Assembly (NCBI GenBank): GCA_051362555.1
Contig: CM120644.1
Span: 13,414,567-13,478,566, forward strand
Direction: 5' to 3'
Length of the DNA: 64,000 nt
From: Lingula anatina
Taxonomy: Eukaryota > Animalia > Brachiopoda
A program made the position numbers and the translations under genes. The notes beneath the pieces were generated by a model, which was given only the letters and a program-made list of their open reading frames with translations, had not been told where the DNA came from and did no database searches. Positions 27,210 to 40,200 of this stretch are shown here, in pieces (within the stretch, counting starts at the first letter, position 1; every line of letters starts with the position of its first letter).

Positions 27210-27605
27210 GTATGTGCTGCTTTGGCCAGAATGTCACTGAAATTTTCCGGGCGATAATCGCTGGCCGCCGCCAGCTTTTCGTATAATTGTAGAAAGATGA
27301 TATCTCCATGCCCTAAAACAACGGCCTCCGTCCTCTTTATGACTTTCATTGTGGTGTGATTTGACAGTAATCCTAGAGATGAATTTGACGGCAAAGCCGC
27401 GAATTTCCACGTGGAGATAATAAGCATGCGCAGAAAGCCCATTTTCTGGCAAAATTCAATAACGACGTTTGCGACAACCGACTTTGTTGGGGGTGTTTTT
27501 TTTTCGGAGAACGGACGAAAATCGGTGCGCGCGCAGGATGTCATCATTGAGCACTGATTCTGCAACTAAAGCGACGACGACCTTTGTACCCGAGTCCGTT
27601 TAAGG
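26219..27605. mobile_element. Unique junction spacer, probable one-ended non-autonomous DNA transposon fragment
   Basis: Not present elsewhere in the window. It starts TAAGGCCACAC (MITE-terminus-like) exactly at the end of copy 1 and ends in TAAGG exactly before copy 2. No matching right TIR and no ORF. Confidence 0.45.
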
Positions 27606-28181
27606 CGACTCAAAGTGCCTTTAGGTTTACAGTTAAGGTAGGCAATTCTTGAAAACCAAATAAATAAAATAAAATAGGATAAAATAAAAATTGTCATTAA
27701 AAGCCGTTTTGCCTTCAGCAGGGTATATTACATGCATATTATTAGTAAGACAACAAATTGAATATATATTTGCTACGTGCCACTATGAATTCCATCAATT
27801 AATTATATTACTTAAATGTTGCTATGCCACATTAGTTTTGTTAGTTATCTTACTATATCATTGTTTTCAATAAGTCATGCAATGCCCGAACCAGTTCTCA
27901 CAAGTGCTGTTTTACACTATTCTGCCATGTGTAATCAATGAAATACAACACGGCTGCTCGGAATTATCTAGAATTATTTTTATCTTCCTAATTTCTTACT
28001 CCTGCTTTCTATCTTTATTACTCTCACAGCTTTTAGTTTCCTGATATTTCAGAAAGTATCAAGAGTATTGGACTCGCCTCTCCCAGATCGGGACTATCCT
28101 CTTTCCGACCACTATGGTGTATCTTTGGTAGTTCAGCGCTGTTCCTGCTTCTTGTGGCGGTGGCCATGGAGTAGATGTTGA
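27606..28181 (+). pseudogene. Orphan 3' fragment of an EEP gene A copy (last 32 nt of penultimate exon, intron, last exon 28053-28181)
   Basis: Homologous to 1221-1846. The last exon reads KVSRVLDSPLPDRDYPLSDHYGVSLVVQRCSCFLWRWPWSRC*. Upstream exons are absent. Confidence 0.85.
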
Positions 28182-28950
28182 ACTACCTGTCATTAAATAG
28201 AACGTTCAACAGAAACCGACTTTGGAACTGGAACGTCAACTCTCCAAGCTTACACTCTAAATTTTGGTTAAAGAGACGGAGGGGGTGGGGGGTGTTAACT
28301 GATTTTTTTTATTCTTATCAGAATTTCCACTTTAGTTATCCCAAAGACTGGATGTGCTGTTTATAAACATGGGGTTTATTATATTTAGAATGCAGTTTTA
28401 ACGATACACATGTACCTATAGCGTTTTATTTGGCTGCATGAAGCCAAATAATTCTTTTCGAGAAAGTGATTTTGAATGTGTAATTATATATAACTGATCC
28501 ACACCATGACTGTCGTGTAATTTAAACAAATTCAAGAGACACAATACACAGGAAGGTAAACTTATATGTACATGAAAAGTAATTGTAAGAAAGCTTTTGC
28601 ACAAAATGTTCACAGTTCTGTGGTTCTTTTAATTTCCCGCGTCTTTCTTAGTTATATAAATAGGACTGTTAGTAATATGATACTACAAAGCCAAAAGCGG
28701 GTGAATTTAAGTCGCAACATGATGAAATTAACAAATATCATTAGTACTTTCTATACTTTATTTGGTACATTCCCTAATGGAAATACCTCCTTACTCATAC
28801 ACAAAAAAATACTGTATCCCAATTCTTTATGCCAGGATATTCCTTTAACTCATTTTGACAGTTCCGTTATCCCCTATTTAAGCGGAGCGGTGGACCCCAG
28901 TATGAATATGGTACTTAAGATATGGACATCTGCAAATTTTAGTGCTTTAA

Positions 28951-31415
28951 AGGGTTTGCTTCATGCCGTCAGAATGGCCTGAACGGAACATATTCTTCAG
29001 AAAACATGTCCAACTAACGATATCTTAATCCAAATACACAAATTAAAAGCTCATTTTGTAAATTTTTGGCTTTAAAAAACGTCCTATTTGCTCGGCCTGG
29101 GAGTTAATGAGCTACGTGGTCACGTGGTCCAATGACGACAATCGAGCCACTGGAGAACAGAGCGTGCTTAGCTGTCAAACTGAGCTGCATTGTCTACCTG
29201 TAAGATGACTTCTCTGGCTTCTGATAAAAGTTTATACTCATTCAAATCTCTTACCCGAGGGGTCTAAATCCTCGTGAAGCTGTGTAAAACCATTTCCCGT
29301 CTAGTCATTTCTTTAACAAGCATTTCATTATGGTTATCCCAAGTTGTATAAAACACTGCATTTGAATGAGTTAAGGGAAATGTTGATTATTGCATATGAG
29401 GTCCATGTTATTTGTGAAATTTAATTTATTTTATTAAACCGCTGACACTCCGTCTTGCATACTTTTATTAAACTGAGGTAAACAATGCCCGTTACCTTGA
29501 CAAGTCCTATCTTAATCATCCATCTAACTGGAACTTCCTTTACCTCTTTATTAGAGGGTTAAATGGCATTCAATTTGTCTTGCTTGTATCGAACGCACTC
29601 TCTATCTAAGCTTTACTCCAGTTATCTCAGGTAAAAATCTACCTGTGCGTTAGTTACAAAGCGCAGCTCCCGTAGACCTGGGGGTACTAGATAAAATCTG
29701 AACACCAGGTTTATCGAGGAGCTAGAGAAAGAAAGGAAGAATTTTTCCTGCACAACTTCATAGGAATTTTAACACGGACTTGATCCAGCTTAGACCTCCA
29801 AACTAACAGGGTGACATGGGCAATTTTCACAAACAAATCATAAAACTATATTTCAGTTAACCGCCTTTAAAATAAATATACCGTTCTGGATAAATTAAAA
29901 TAGTTATTAAATCGCAAGAATATTTTTGACTTAAATGATGATTTTATTATTAATGGAAATTAAGCTACTATATGAGGTACATTTGCTGTGATTACGCTGT
30001 CGTTCATGTTTTGCGTAAGTCTACATTTTGCTGTATGTGCTTGTAATCTTTTCAAATATGTGCGTACAATTTTTGCAGGTCTGGTTACCCCCCTGTTATG
30101 TGATGAAAGTATTAATTTGGCAATTAGTTCCTTAGCTTATTTGAATAGAATTGCAGTGTAAAATTTTCAACAAGATGTTGGCCCATTACTCTTTGTAGGT
30201 ATTTCCCCCGTCAAAGTTTGTCTAAAATTATCTTTCAATCTTTACTCTTTCAAAGACAGTATAAAGTTACCTGACATATTTTCGTGTAAACTTAATGACA
30301 AGCCAAGTGTCTCCAGTTCATTCCGTACTCAATTTTACCCAAGCAAATTTTTTTCTTGAGTAGATCTTTATAGCACGGTGTTATAAGCTTACAAATTTGC
30401 AAAAAAAAAAAAAAAAATTGCGTACTGACGCAGAATTTGCGTTTCAAGTTATAAAATGATCAATCTTTTAAATTATTTAATATTTCAGATGAAATAATCT
30501 TCAGAAACAAATCCTCAAAGCATAAACGAATTAGGATAACGAACCATTTTATTATAGCAGTTCCCATTTTTTCTTTAATATAACGCTCTGTTTCCTGTTT
30601 TTCCTCAACACGTTTTCTTCCACGGAAGCTTCAAGATACCCTGAGAGCAATTTCTTTTATTAATGTTCGCGACCGTGTTTGAACTTAATTGTTTAAGTAT
30701 TGATATTTAACGTCATTTACAAATACCAATAAAATAACCCCATGAAATAAATGAGATATATTGAAAAATATGAAAGCCCACCAAGACGAGTTTCATACCT
30801 GTTATTACCTGGCTTGGGAATTGCAGCGGTGCATAATTAACAGGTTTGTTGTAAACGAGCTTTTGGTCAACTACAATGCATTTGAAATGCATCAGCAATC
30901 AGTAAGTTTGCCAACTGATGACAGTTAATCTGAAAGACTACCAGCTCTTGATATGATCTAAACCACCTGAGGTGACCATGATCTAGAGCATCGCAACTAT
31001 TGTCACCGAAGTTAGTAAGTAAGTCACGGAAGACCGTCACAGACAAAGAAAGATTGTCAACGAGAGCTGCAATTTTGCTGAATCCCACGGCAACACACCG
31101 AGGCATAACGAAAATTCCTAAACTCCGTTCAACACAACTTTCCTTAACTTCTCCGTCTGTACAGTATGCACCATGCAGCTCAGTTGAGTCTCATAGACCT
31201 TTATCGTGATTGTCGTCACAGTACCACGTGACCCAGATCTGTTGCTTCATTTTTGCATATTGAGGTGAGGTTTACTAAAACGCTTTTTTTTCTACTAATG
31301 GATTGTTTTTATAATTTTTAAATGGCGGGGATCGATTAAAACATACCTATAGTGTATAGATTGAGTGCTGTATCTTCAAAATTCGAGAAATGGATTTTTA
31401 CATGAACATTGTCCT
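28951..31415. mobile_element. Non-autonomous DNA transposon with TTAA flanks (Kolobok-like)
   Basis: Copy-2-specific 2.46 kb insertion: TTAA|AGGGTTTGCTTCATG ... CATGAACATTGTCCT|TTAA, with imperfect 15-bp TIRs and inverted subterminal GGTCACGTGGT/ACCACGTGACC motifs. No transposase ORF. The superfamily is inferred from TTAA plus AG termini. Confidence 0.65.
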
Positions 31416-32441
31416 TTAAATATTTATTTTTGTGAGATCCGTTAATTTAATGCATCAGACGAGTCATATCTCGGTCATATACTGGTTATCAACAACAGAT
31501 TTGCCATAACGTGATACTAAAATGCCACCCCTTCACTTCTACGGATTTCAGAATTGAATTTTTGATTCAATTACGCTTATATGTTTAACCAAGGTTTTGT
31601 AATCAAACTTTTCCGTCTTGGTGTGAAGTACTACATGTATTAAATTTTATACTACAACCTTTCTCTTTTCGAATGAAATATCGCAGCTGCAGCTGATAGA
31701 CTTCGCCTCGCCAGGTAAATAATCTAATGTGCTGCTTATTTACCTGTAATTCAACTGAGCTTTCAGCTGCCACCAGCTCTGTCGACCTACATGTATTTCT
31801 CTCATTTCTCACCAGGAAACTATTTTGATGACAACTGATCATCATTGTCAGTATTTGTCAGTGTTGTCATTGTGGTCATATAAGGCAACATTGTAGCATT
31901 ACAAATTTACATGTCCAGAGAAATTAAAGGTAAATAATGTCTGATCGGCGTTATATTGGCCAGCGAATGATGAGTGAGGGAAATACGGCTACTATTTATG
32001 ATACCAAATAAATGAAGTAAACTGTTATGGTATCTTGTTTGCCCTGGTAAATCACACGGTTTTGTAATATCTATGTTCTTGGCTTTAACAGTCCCCTGTA
32101 TATATATTTTCTTTACCCACATAACGTTAACGGCTGACGGCTTAGCCAGGAGTGAAAATGCTTGTTCTTTACTTATATATACTGGCGCTTTTGATGGCAT
32201 TATCTTTTTGATTGGATTAAAAAGGTACTATATGTTTATTGCATATGTAACGCAGCTAGATTTACTACAGAGGGAATATATTAATATATCAAACGGGATT
32301 TTATTATTGCCATCTGCTTCAGAAATTGAGCTCTCACGTGAGCTGCGAGATTTTCACGGCGATTTTGTCTGCTGTTTTATTTCCACGAGCTCACAGTTTG
32401 CCCGGGGTGCGGACAGAACGCATGACAGCTGTGACACAGAG

Positions 32442-32738
32442 ATGAAGATGATTTTCAGATGTTATTTTGTGCTGATTGCAATATCTTTCAGAGGAGGCGT
32501 TCTTTCGGCAAGGTACAGCACATTTGAATTCATTTTGTTTTCTTTTTTTCTTATAAATGAATAGCATTATCATATATTCGAGTTGCATACATATATGTGT
32601 ATGTGCACGTCGATGCCATTCTTTTCTGGTACATGTATTGAGCATAATCGTGCTTTTTTTACATGGGCCATAACAAATTAAAACTATTGAAGTATTTTAT
32701 GTCGAGCAATTAAGCTTAGAAATTAGTATTTTAAAATT

Positions 32739-32806
<68 letters not shown>

Positions 32807-34177
32807 GGACAAAAGAAGTGTCACCCCTACTGAGCCAATACTATGGGGGAGATAAATGACTGTGGAATGATATGCTCCTGGTATCATTTTATTAACATCA
32901 AATTTCACAAAAAATCACAAAATGAGAACAAAATATACATTCTACCAAAATATGCAGTTTCAAGTCCAAAATTAGTACTTAGTGGCATAGCCACTTGACC
33001 TAATAATAGGTGCCAGTCTACGAAGCAAGGATTCATATAATTGTCTGATGCGTTCAGGGCTTATGCTGGCCCAAGCATGAAACACTGAATATAACAGAGT
33101 TTCTCTGCTGGTTAGACGGACATTTGTAAAAAGTTTTGACATATCATTCCACACATTTTCTATTATGTTTGCATCCGGACTCTGGGCAGGCCACATCACC
33201 CTGCGAATGTCCTGTTGGTCAAACCAATCATCAACTGCTCTGGGGTTGTGACAAGGAGCATTGTCATCCTGGTGAACAAATGGATAATTCCTGTCACCAA
33301 ACATGTTAGTAATAGGTGGTAGCAAGCCTGACTCCAAAACATCGATATATTTCTAGTGATTCATGTTTCCATTAACCACTATCAATTCGCCCAAGCCATG
33401 GATGCTGATGCAGCCCCACACCATGATGAATATGCTGCTCCGGGTTCGAAAATTCAGTGCATGTGGTTCAAATGCTTAACCAGCAGTTTGCCAGCATAGT
33501 ACCCGTCTGTCATCAGAGGTCAGACCAAAGCGACACTCATCAGAAAAAATATATAGGACCAATTGTCATGAACTGTCTAGTTCCAGATCCTGTTGACCCT
33601 AGTTCACTATAAGTTGCCTGTTTTGTAACGATATAAGAGGTTTCAGACTTGCTACCCTGCTGTACACTCTCTGAGCATGTAACCGACGCCTAGCAATTTT
33701 CACAGACACATTCTTATGTGTGAAATTGTTCCACTGTGTTGTCAACTGACAAGCAGTGTCGAACTTTGACAACCTGGACATCAAAATCAGTCGTCGGTCT
33801 TCACGGATAGTATTTTTTCTTGGACAACCCATCAGAGGCAATTTGTCTCTTGATCCAGTGTTTCTATACCAAGACCAGACCCTCTGCACGGTTCTGACTG
33901 AACAATTCAATTGTATCGATATTCTGACATTGCTTATATTCCGCCTCTTCAGGTTAATAACTTGCACCTATAACTGTTAAATAATTGCCTGTATCTTACC
34001 ATATTGGAGGAAGACAGGAATAACATTTGCTGTACATGTACAAGACCAACAATACAATGCCATGGTATAGCGGTTTTATACTCATTAGTCACATTATAAG
34101 TAGACCAGGCATTATAAGTACCCAAGATCTGCCTACTTTTATTACTCTGAGTTAGGGGGTGACACTTCTTTTGTCCA

Positions 34178-34255
<78 letters not shown>

Positions 34256-37200
34256 GTGTGCCATCTGTCTGTATATATATCGGCACGCTTGCTTTATGCT
34301 TACTTATGAAAAATCAGCTTTATTTAAAAAAAAAAAAAAGTTAACAAATAGTCGCTTTTCATGTTTCTGGGCTTTTATCTGAACTGAATCTGAAAATAAG
34401 TTGAGTAGCTCTGAAGTTACAGTTATTCACAGCGTAGAGTAAGGAATAAAACCTTTTCCTTTTAACCTTATTTTTAGATCAAATATTCGATGGACATCTT
34501 TTAATAAGGGACATTAGAAATAATAACTCAAGATTGATATTTGAATGGAAATCAGTTCCTTGTCAATAGATACTGACAATAAAGGGTACCGGAGAAGATC
34601 AGCATTGGTCAGAATTGTGCCGGAAGTGACGTGTAGCGGTGTAAGACGTAAAGCTGAGTGGTTATTTTTAGCTGGAGGTGAACGGGAGAGAAGACATGGA
34701 CTCGGAGAAAAAAGCAGTTTTTCGAACAACATGGTAAGATGACATTTCTTCTTTACGCATTTTGGACAGGGAATACTTGTAGAAATAATAGGCACATGAT
34801 ATGAAAACATGACACGGAACTTGTTTGTGGCGCTGGCGGTTATATTCAGCATGTATTTCAAAACTAGTTGCCTGCAAATTAACCACGATTTTGCACCTTC
34901 AAGTTCCGTGTCACGTTTTCATATCATGAATCTGCTTTGAACATTGCGTAAAGAAGAAATGTCATCTTACCATGTTGTTTGAAAAACTGCTTTTTTTCTC
35001 CGAGTCCATGTCTTCTCTCCCGTTCACCTCCAGCTAAAAATGATCACTCAGCTTTACGTCTTTCACCACTACACGTCACTTCCGGCACAATTCTGACCAA
35101 TGCTGATCTTCTCCGGTACCCTTTATTGTGCAAGAATGTAGTTCTTAGTATTAACATGATTTATAAATATGTTTCCCGAATGTGTGATCACCCCTAGCTT
35201 TCATTTTTATCCTTTATTTAATGGCAACGCAAACATATATTCATAAAATGGTAATGTTTTCGCATTTACAACACAAATACATGTGGCACACTTGAATCTG
35301 CTTTGTTATGTGTGCATGAATTGAGAGAAGTTTCTAGGGCTAGTATGCTTTCAAAGATTTCGTTTTTACTTAAATATACAACTGAATCATTTAGTTGTTA
35401 GGTGAAAATGTCATTTTAATGACATTTGTACTTTGATTAATACACAAAGTACGAATTTAAAATACTTTTAGTTAAATATTATCACATGAATAATAATCAT
35501 GTATGGTAAATCATTTATAAGTTTACGAATTACGGATTCTAGTTAAATATTATCATATCATATGAAGGATAATTATGAATGGTAAATTATTTACAAATTT
35601 ACAAGTTACGTATTCTCGTGGACCATTTGCACGGTATTCGCGCGCTTATTCTCGTGTTTTTTTTATTTTTTACTCCTCTTTCTCTCCCTTGCTTTTTGGT
35701 TTTGGGGGCATAGCATTAGTTAAATGTATTAGAAATTTTTGAGCTTGAAGATGTGCGTCTCCTTGTTACTACGATGTAAGTGGTCAAATACGCAAGGGGG
35801 CTGCATCGACCACGTATCAAACAGCAATATAAAAATCGGTAAAAAACGTAGCGAAATCATACCAAATCCTACGGATTCACGGCCTCCGTAGCCTCTACGA
35901 TTTTGTCAAGCTGAAACTTTTGACAAATTGTAAAAATTGTAAGCCCGCACGAGCATTGTACGGCAGACTTAAGCCTGGGTCCCAACTCCACGCACGATTT
36001 TCAGGACGTACGTTTTTTAAGCCTCGGTCACAACTGGACGCACGGATTTTGGGTGCAGTGGAGGCTGTGGAGTGCGTAGAGGTAGAGGAAAGTTTCTAAT
36101 GGAAAGGCACAAGTCTGCCTTGCGAAGTGCAGGCCCCACGTGAGAAGCAGGGACGCTAATTGCAAGGTGCTATATACCTTGAGTTTGTCTTGCTACCTGC
36201 ATACGTGGCACGCACTCACCATTTATGAAGAGAATACTACGCACGGCGAAGGTAATTTCCTTTTGCTTCACACTTGCCTCACACGCTTGTATTGACGTAC
36301 TGACCGCGTACGTCATTTTTGCCTCCTGTTCCTCCTTCTTTCTTTTTCCTCCTTCCTTCTTTTCTGTTCTCTTAGCTTCTTCCCCTTGCCATATTAGAAG
36401 CTGAATTGAGCAAAATTCGAATTTTTTTAATGTTGTGCACTAGGCACAAGCGACATTATTTGTCGAGACACGAGCGTGCATCGTGAGCACGCCTTTTATA
36501 CTCCTGGCCTGGGGGCGACGCACTTCCGCTGTGCTTTCAACTTTGTTCGTTAGCTGCGAGGGCGTGCGTCTCGGACCACCGACGACTAGCTTGCATACTT
36601 CTCGCAAACTCCTTGCGAGTGGAGCAAGTTGCGTTTGCGGCCTCACTGTTCGCAGATTATTAGTAGAATCTTTTGGACATGGCCAACATCCTACGTACTT
36701 GCTTAGGGGCTGTCTGCGAACTCCAAATTTCGTAAGAAGAACTTACGCGGCACGTGAGATTCTGTGCAAAATTTGGACGAAAACAGGCTGTAAGAGCCGA
36801 GGCTTTAGGTTCCTCTCGTCTGGCTGGGCCGTGGCTAGATCGTATGGGAGAAATCAAGTAACTGGTGATTGCAATGAGTGCGCAAGAAGAAAGTGCGTGG
36901 AAAGTCCGTGAGAAGCACAGCCTCCGCACGTCAGAAGTACCTCTGCGCCTGACGGGATTTCGCACGTGACCCGCGCGCCCCGTGCATGCAAAGTACAAGG
37001 AATACAGGCAACGCAAAGGCAACGCAAGTAGACGTAGGACAGTCTAGCTGACCTCCTCGTTGCTCGTCCTTTGCACGGGAATCGTACGTGTTGAGATGTT
37101 TTGGGGAAGGTATATGAAACAGTTCATGTGTGAGGAGATCATTATATCCGCAGCAGTGTTCAAAGATGGTGAGCCCAGTCAAACCTGGCTTGTCCCCGAT

Positions 37201-40200
37201 GCCCCTCTCCTCCTCTTGCTCTTTGCTGTCTTTTAAGGCATTTTTGGGAACTTGTCATCAGAAGCAAAAATAATGCTTTTTCGTTCATGCCCCTTCTTTT
37301 AAACTCACGGTCCGTGCGCATGGAGTGACCACTTCTCGCTCAACATGCACGAACCCCGTGAGTTCCACATGTAGTACTTTACACGTCTGCATGTAGTACT
37401 TTTTCCATTTTTAGGGAATTTGTAGACCGCACGCAGCGGCTGTTGATCATGTCGAAAATTTTTTTCTACTTGCTGTGTGCGACCTCCAAAAGTTGCACGA
37501 TGGACGTGCTCCTCACGCACGAAATCCCACGTTTTCCCCAATTTTTGGCCATAGACCAGGCTTTAGGATTATCGTGCAACAATGCAAGGCGATCCTGCGA
37601 CTCGAATGTGTCAAAATTCCCAAGCCAAGATATCGATTGCATTTGTCACGTATGCAGTGTAGATGCTCGTCGTAGCCAATAAACTGTAACCAATGTCAAA
37701 AAAGCTTTTGGACAATCATATTCGATTTCATTGCACGGCGAGCATGACAAATGTAATCTAGCCTTTAGGGAACTAATGCCATAAAAACAGCCCTCCTCCA
37801 ATACACAAAATGTCTTTTTTTCCTCACAGGAAGATAATGAAAACGAAGATTATGACATATAACGCAGGCTTGACAGAAACACATGTACCACAGTACGTAC
37901 ACGTTAATGTTGACTGTTTGCAGTAAAGGTTTTTTTAATACTGTTTATTCATGCATGTTCATGTAGTCGCCGCAAGAATCTTTTCTAACATCTTAATTCA
38001 CCAATGAGGGCCTAAGCTACTTCTTTGTTTAAACTCGCTACTTATTATTATTTTATTATTATTATTATTTACATAACTCTCAGAAGATGATATTTACATA
38101 TTATTACTTTTGTCATTGATTTGAAAGATAAATTGCACCTTTGTTTGCCTAGAGCATTTTAGTCGAAATCAATTGAAATAATGACATAGGTTTGTTTCTT
38201 CAAAATAATTTCACGTAAATTTTTTCAGCTACCAAAATCGTCGCGAAGAGTTTCTCAGAAAGCTCACCAACAACGAGATCCCGGGACATGTCGTCTGCTT
38301 GCAAGAGATATGGAAACCAGACGACGTGGCAGCCATCGTCCAAGCAACCAATACGACTTTCCCATATACCTTCAGTGCGATACACGCGGCTGATGGCACA
38401 TTGGTTCCACCGCCCAGGGTTGCTGCGTGCAAAATTTTGCATGTATAAATTGCACAATTTTTTTTTGCTGACTCTAAACTCACCACACGACAACAAGTCC
38501 CATTCACTATATATTTTGTGCCCCAAAATAACATTTTTGTCCGCATCTTGGCATTCGCGTACGTGAATGACTAATCTCTTATATGCCCGATATACGGACT
38601 TGACATTTTATATGGAATATTTCAGTTTCGAAGGTATGCGTTCTTAAAAAAAAAAAAAATAAATAAAAAAAACACCGATCTCAAATCAGATTTGTGAATG
38701 GAGAAGTGTGAAGTCAGGCGTGTCGTTACCAATTAAATGACTTCCATGTCTGTTGTGCTGCTAAAATGCAGTAATTTAATTGAGTGGTGTCACAGCTTGG
38801 CTTAGGCAAAGGTTGGTTCTATCAAAAAAGTATCCATATAACGGCAACTACTGAATAGAAGAATTTTAAATTTTCCATGCAAGTGGTCAGTTTTGCAGTG
38901 CGTAAAAAAAGCTATGCAGTGCTTTACAAATTTGTTAATCTGTGGCAGAATGGCGCGAAATAGACAGACATTACCAGACATTTTATAGCGCCAAACGGAA
39001 CGGTCCGCACAGTTTTATAGAGTAATGCCCAGGCTAATGTACCCACACAGAGGTCACAACCAATCTATCGAAATCCTACCTCTAGGGTACATGACCCACT
39101 GTCTTTCGGGGCACGCTGCTGCAACTAAACAAAACCACCCAGTCCGTTCAGAACGAGGGGTAAATTGACACAAAAATGCGTTTTTCAAGGCCCTTGGCGA
39201 ACACCAAACTGGCTTTAGCAGGTTAGAATACCAGTCGACCTCCGTGGTACCCACTGTAAACAGCAAAACATCGTCGTCTGTTTCTCTAATGAACCATGGC
39301 CGTTTCTGGGTAGAACACTGAAACCGCGTGGCATTCTTTATTGAGGTCAGTTTTCACCTGTACCGCCCAACTAGTCAAAACAGAGTTTACAGACATCCAG
39401 AAGAGGCCTACGACAAAACAGCAATGGTAGTCATCGACGAAAACCTGAACCAGATCAAATAAAAGAATTATCTGGGAACCACACATGAATACCATTTGAT
39501 AGGGGGCACATTAGGAACAATTTTAGGTTGCACGGTGAGATTACCGGTTCACACAGGGCACTTTTAATAGCAGATAACCGCATACACAATATTTGGGTAG
39601 GCCATTACTCGTCGAATATACGGCCAACATGTCCGACAACAAAACAGGGCCAAAATGGACAATTTTTGACCGATGCCTGGAATGTTATTCCAGATTGAAC
39701 TTTAAAAACCTATCCCAAGGAATGCCTTGTCGCTTGAGAGCGCTGTTTACAGCCAGAAGAGACCATGCGTAACAGCGACCATTACTATGACTACACGCTG
39801 TCATGAGGGTCCTTTGTGGAGCGTGTTACTCTTTTACAGACCATAATTAGGATAATATGGAGATCCAAAATATTTATTTTAATGCATGTCGTATGACATA
39901 GAAAAGGCAATGTACATGTATTTGTGTTTGCTTCACTGTCGAATTCAGTCAATGAACTGATGTCAACATGACATCAAAGAGATAATTTAAAGTTATTAAA
40001 ACACGATTTTAATCCTTATTTTCATTTATCAGCCAGAAAAATAGGAATAAACTGATGAAAAATGATTTGGAAAAAAAAAACATTCCATATTAAATGTCAA
40101 GTCTGTAAATCATGCAATCTGCACATTCTCCCTTTTCAGAGATAACTTGAAGGTAGCTTGCAGTGTAATATGTATGTTTCTGCCGTCACTGCAGGGCAAT

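Noticed and set aside
36931-37182. Possible MADF/Myb-like remnant of a Harbinger accessory protein
   Set aside because: The resemblance is too weak and frameshifted to support without a profile search.
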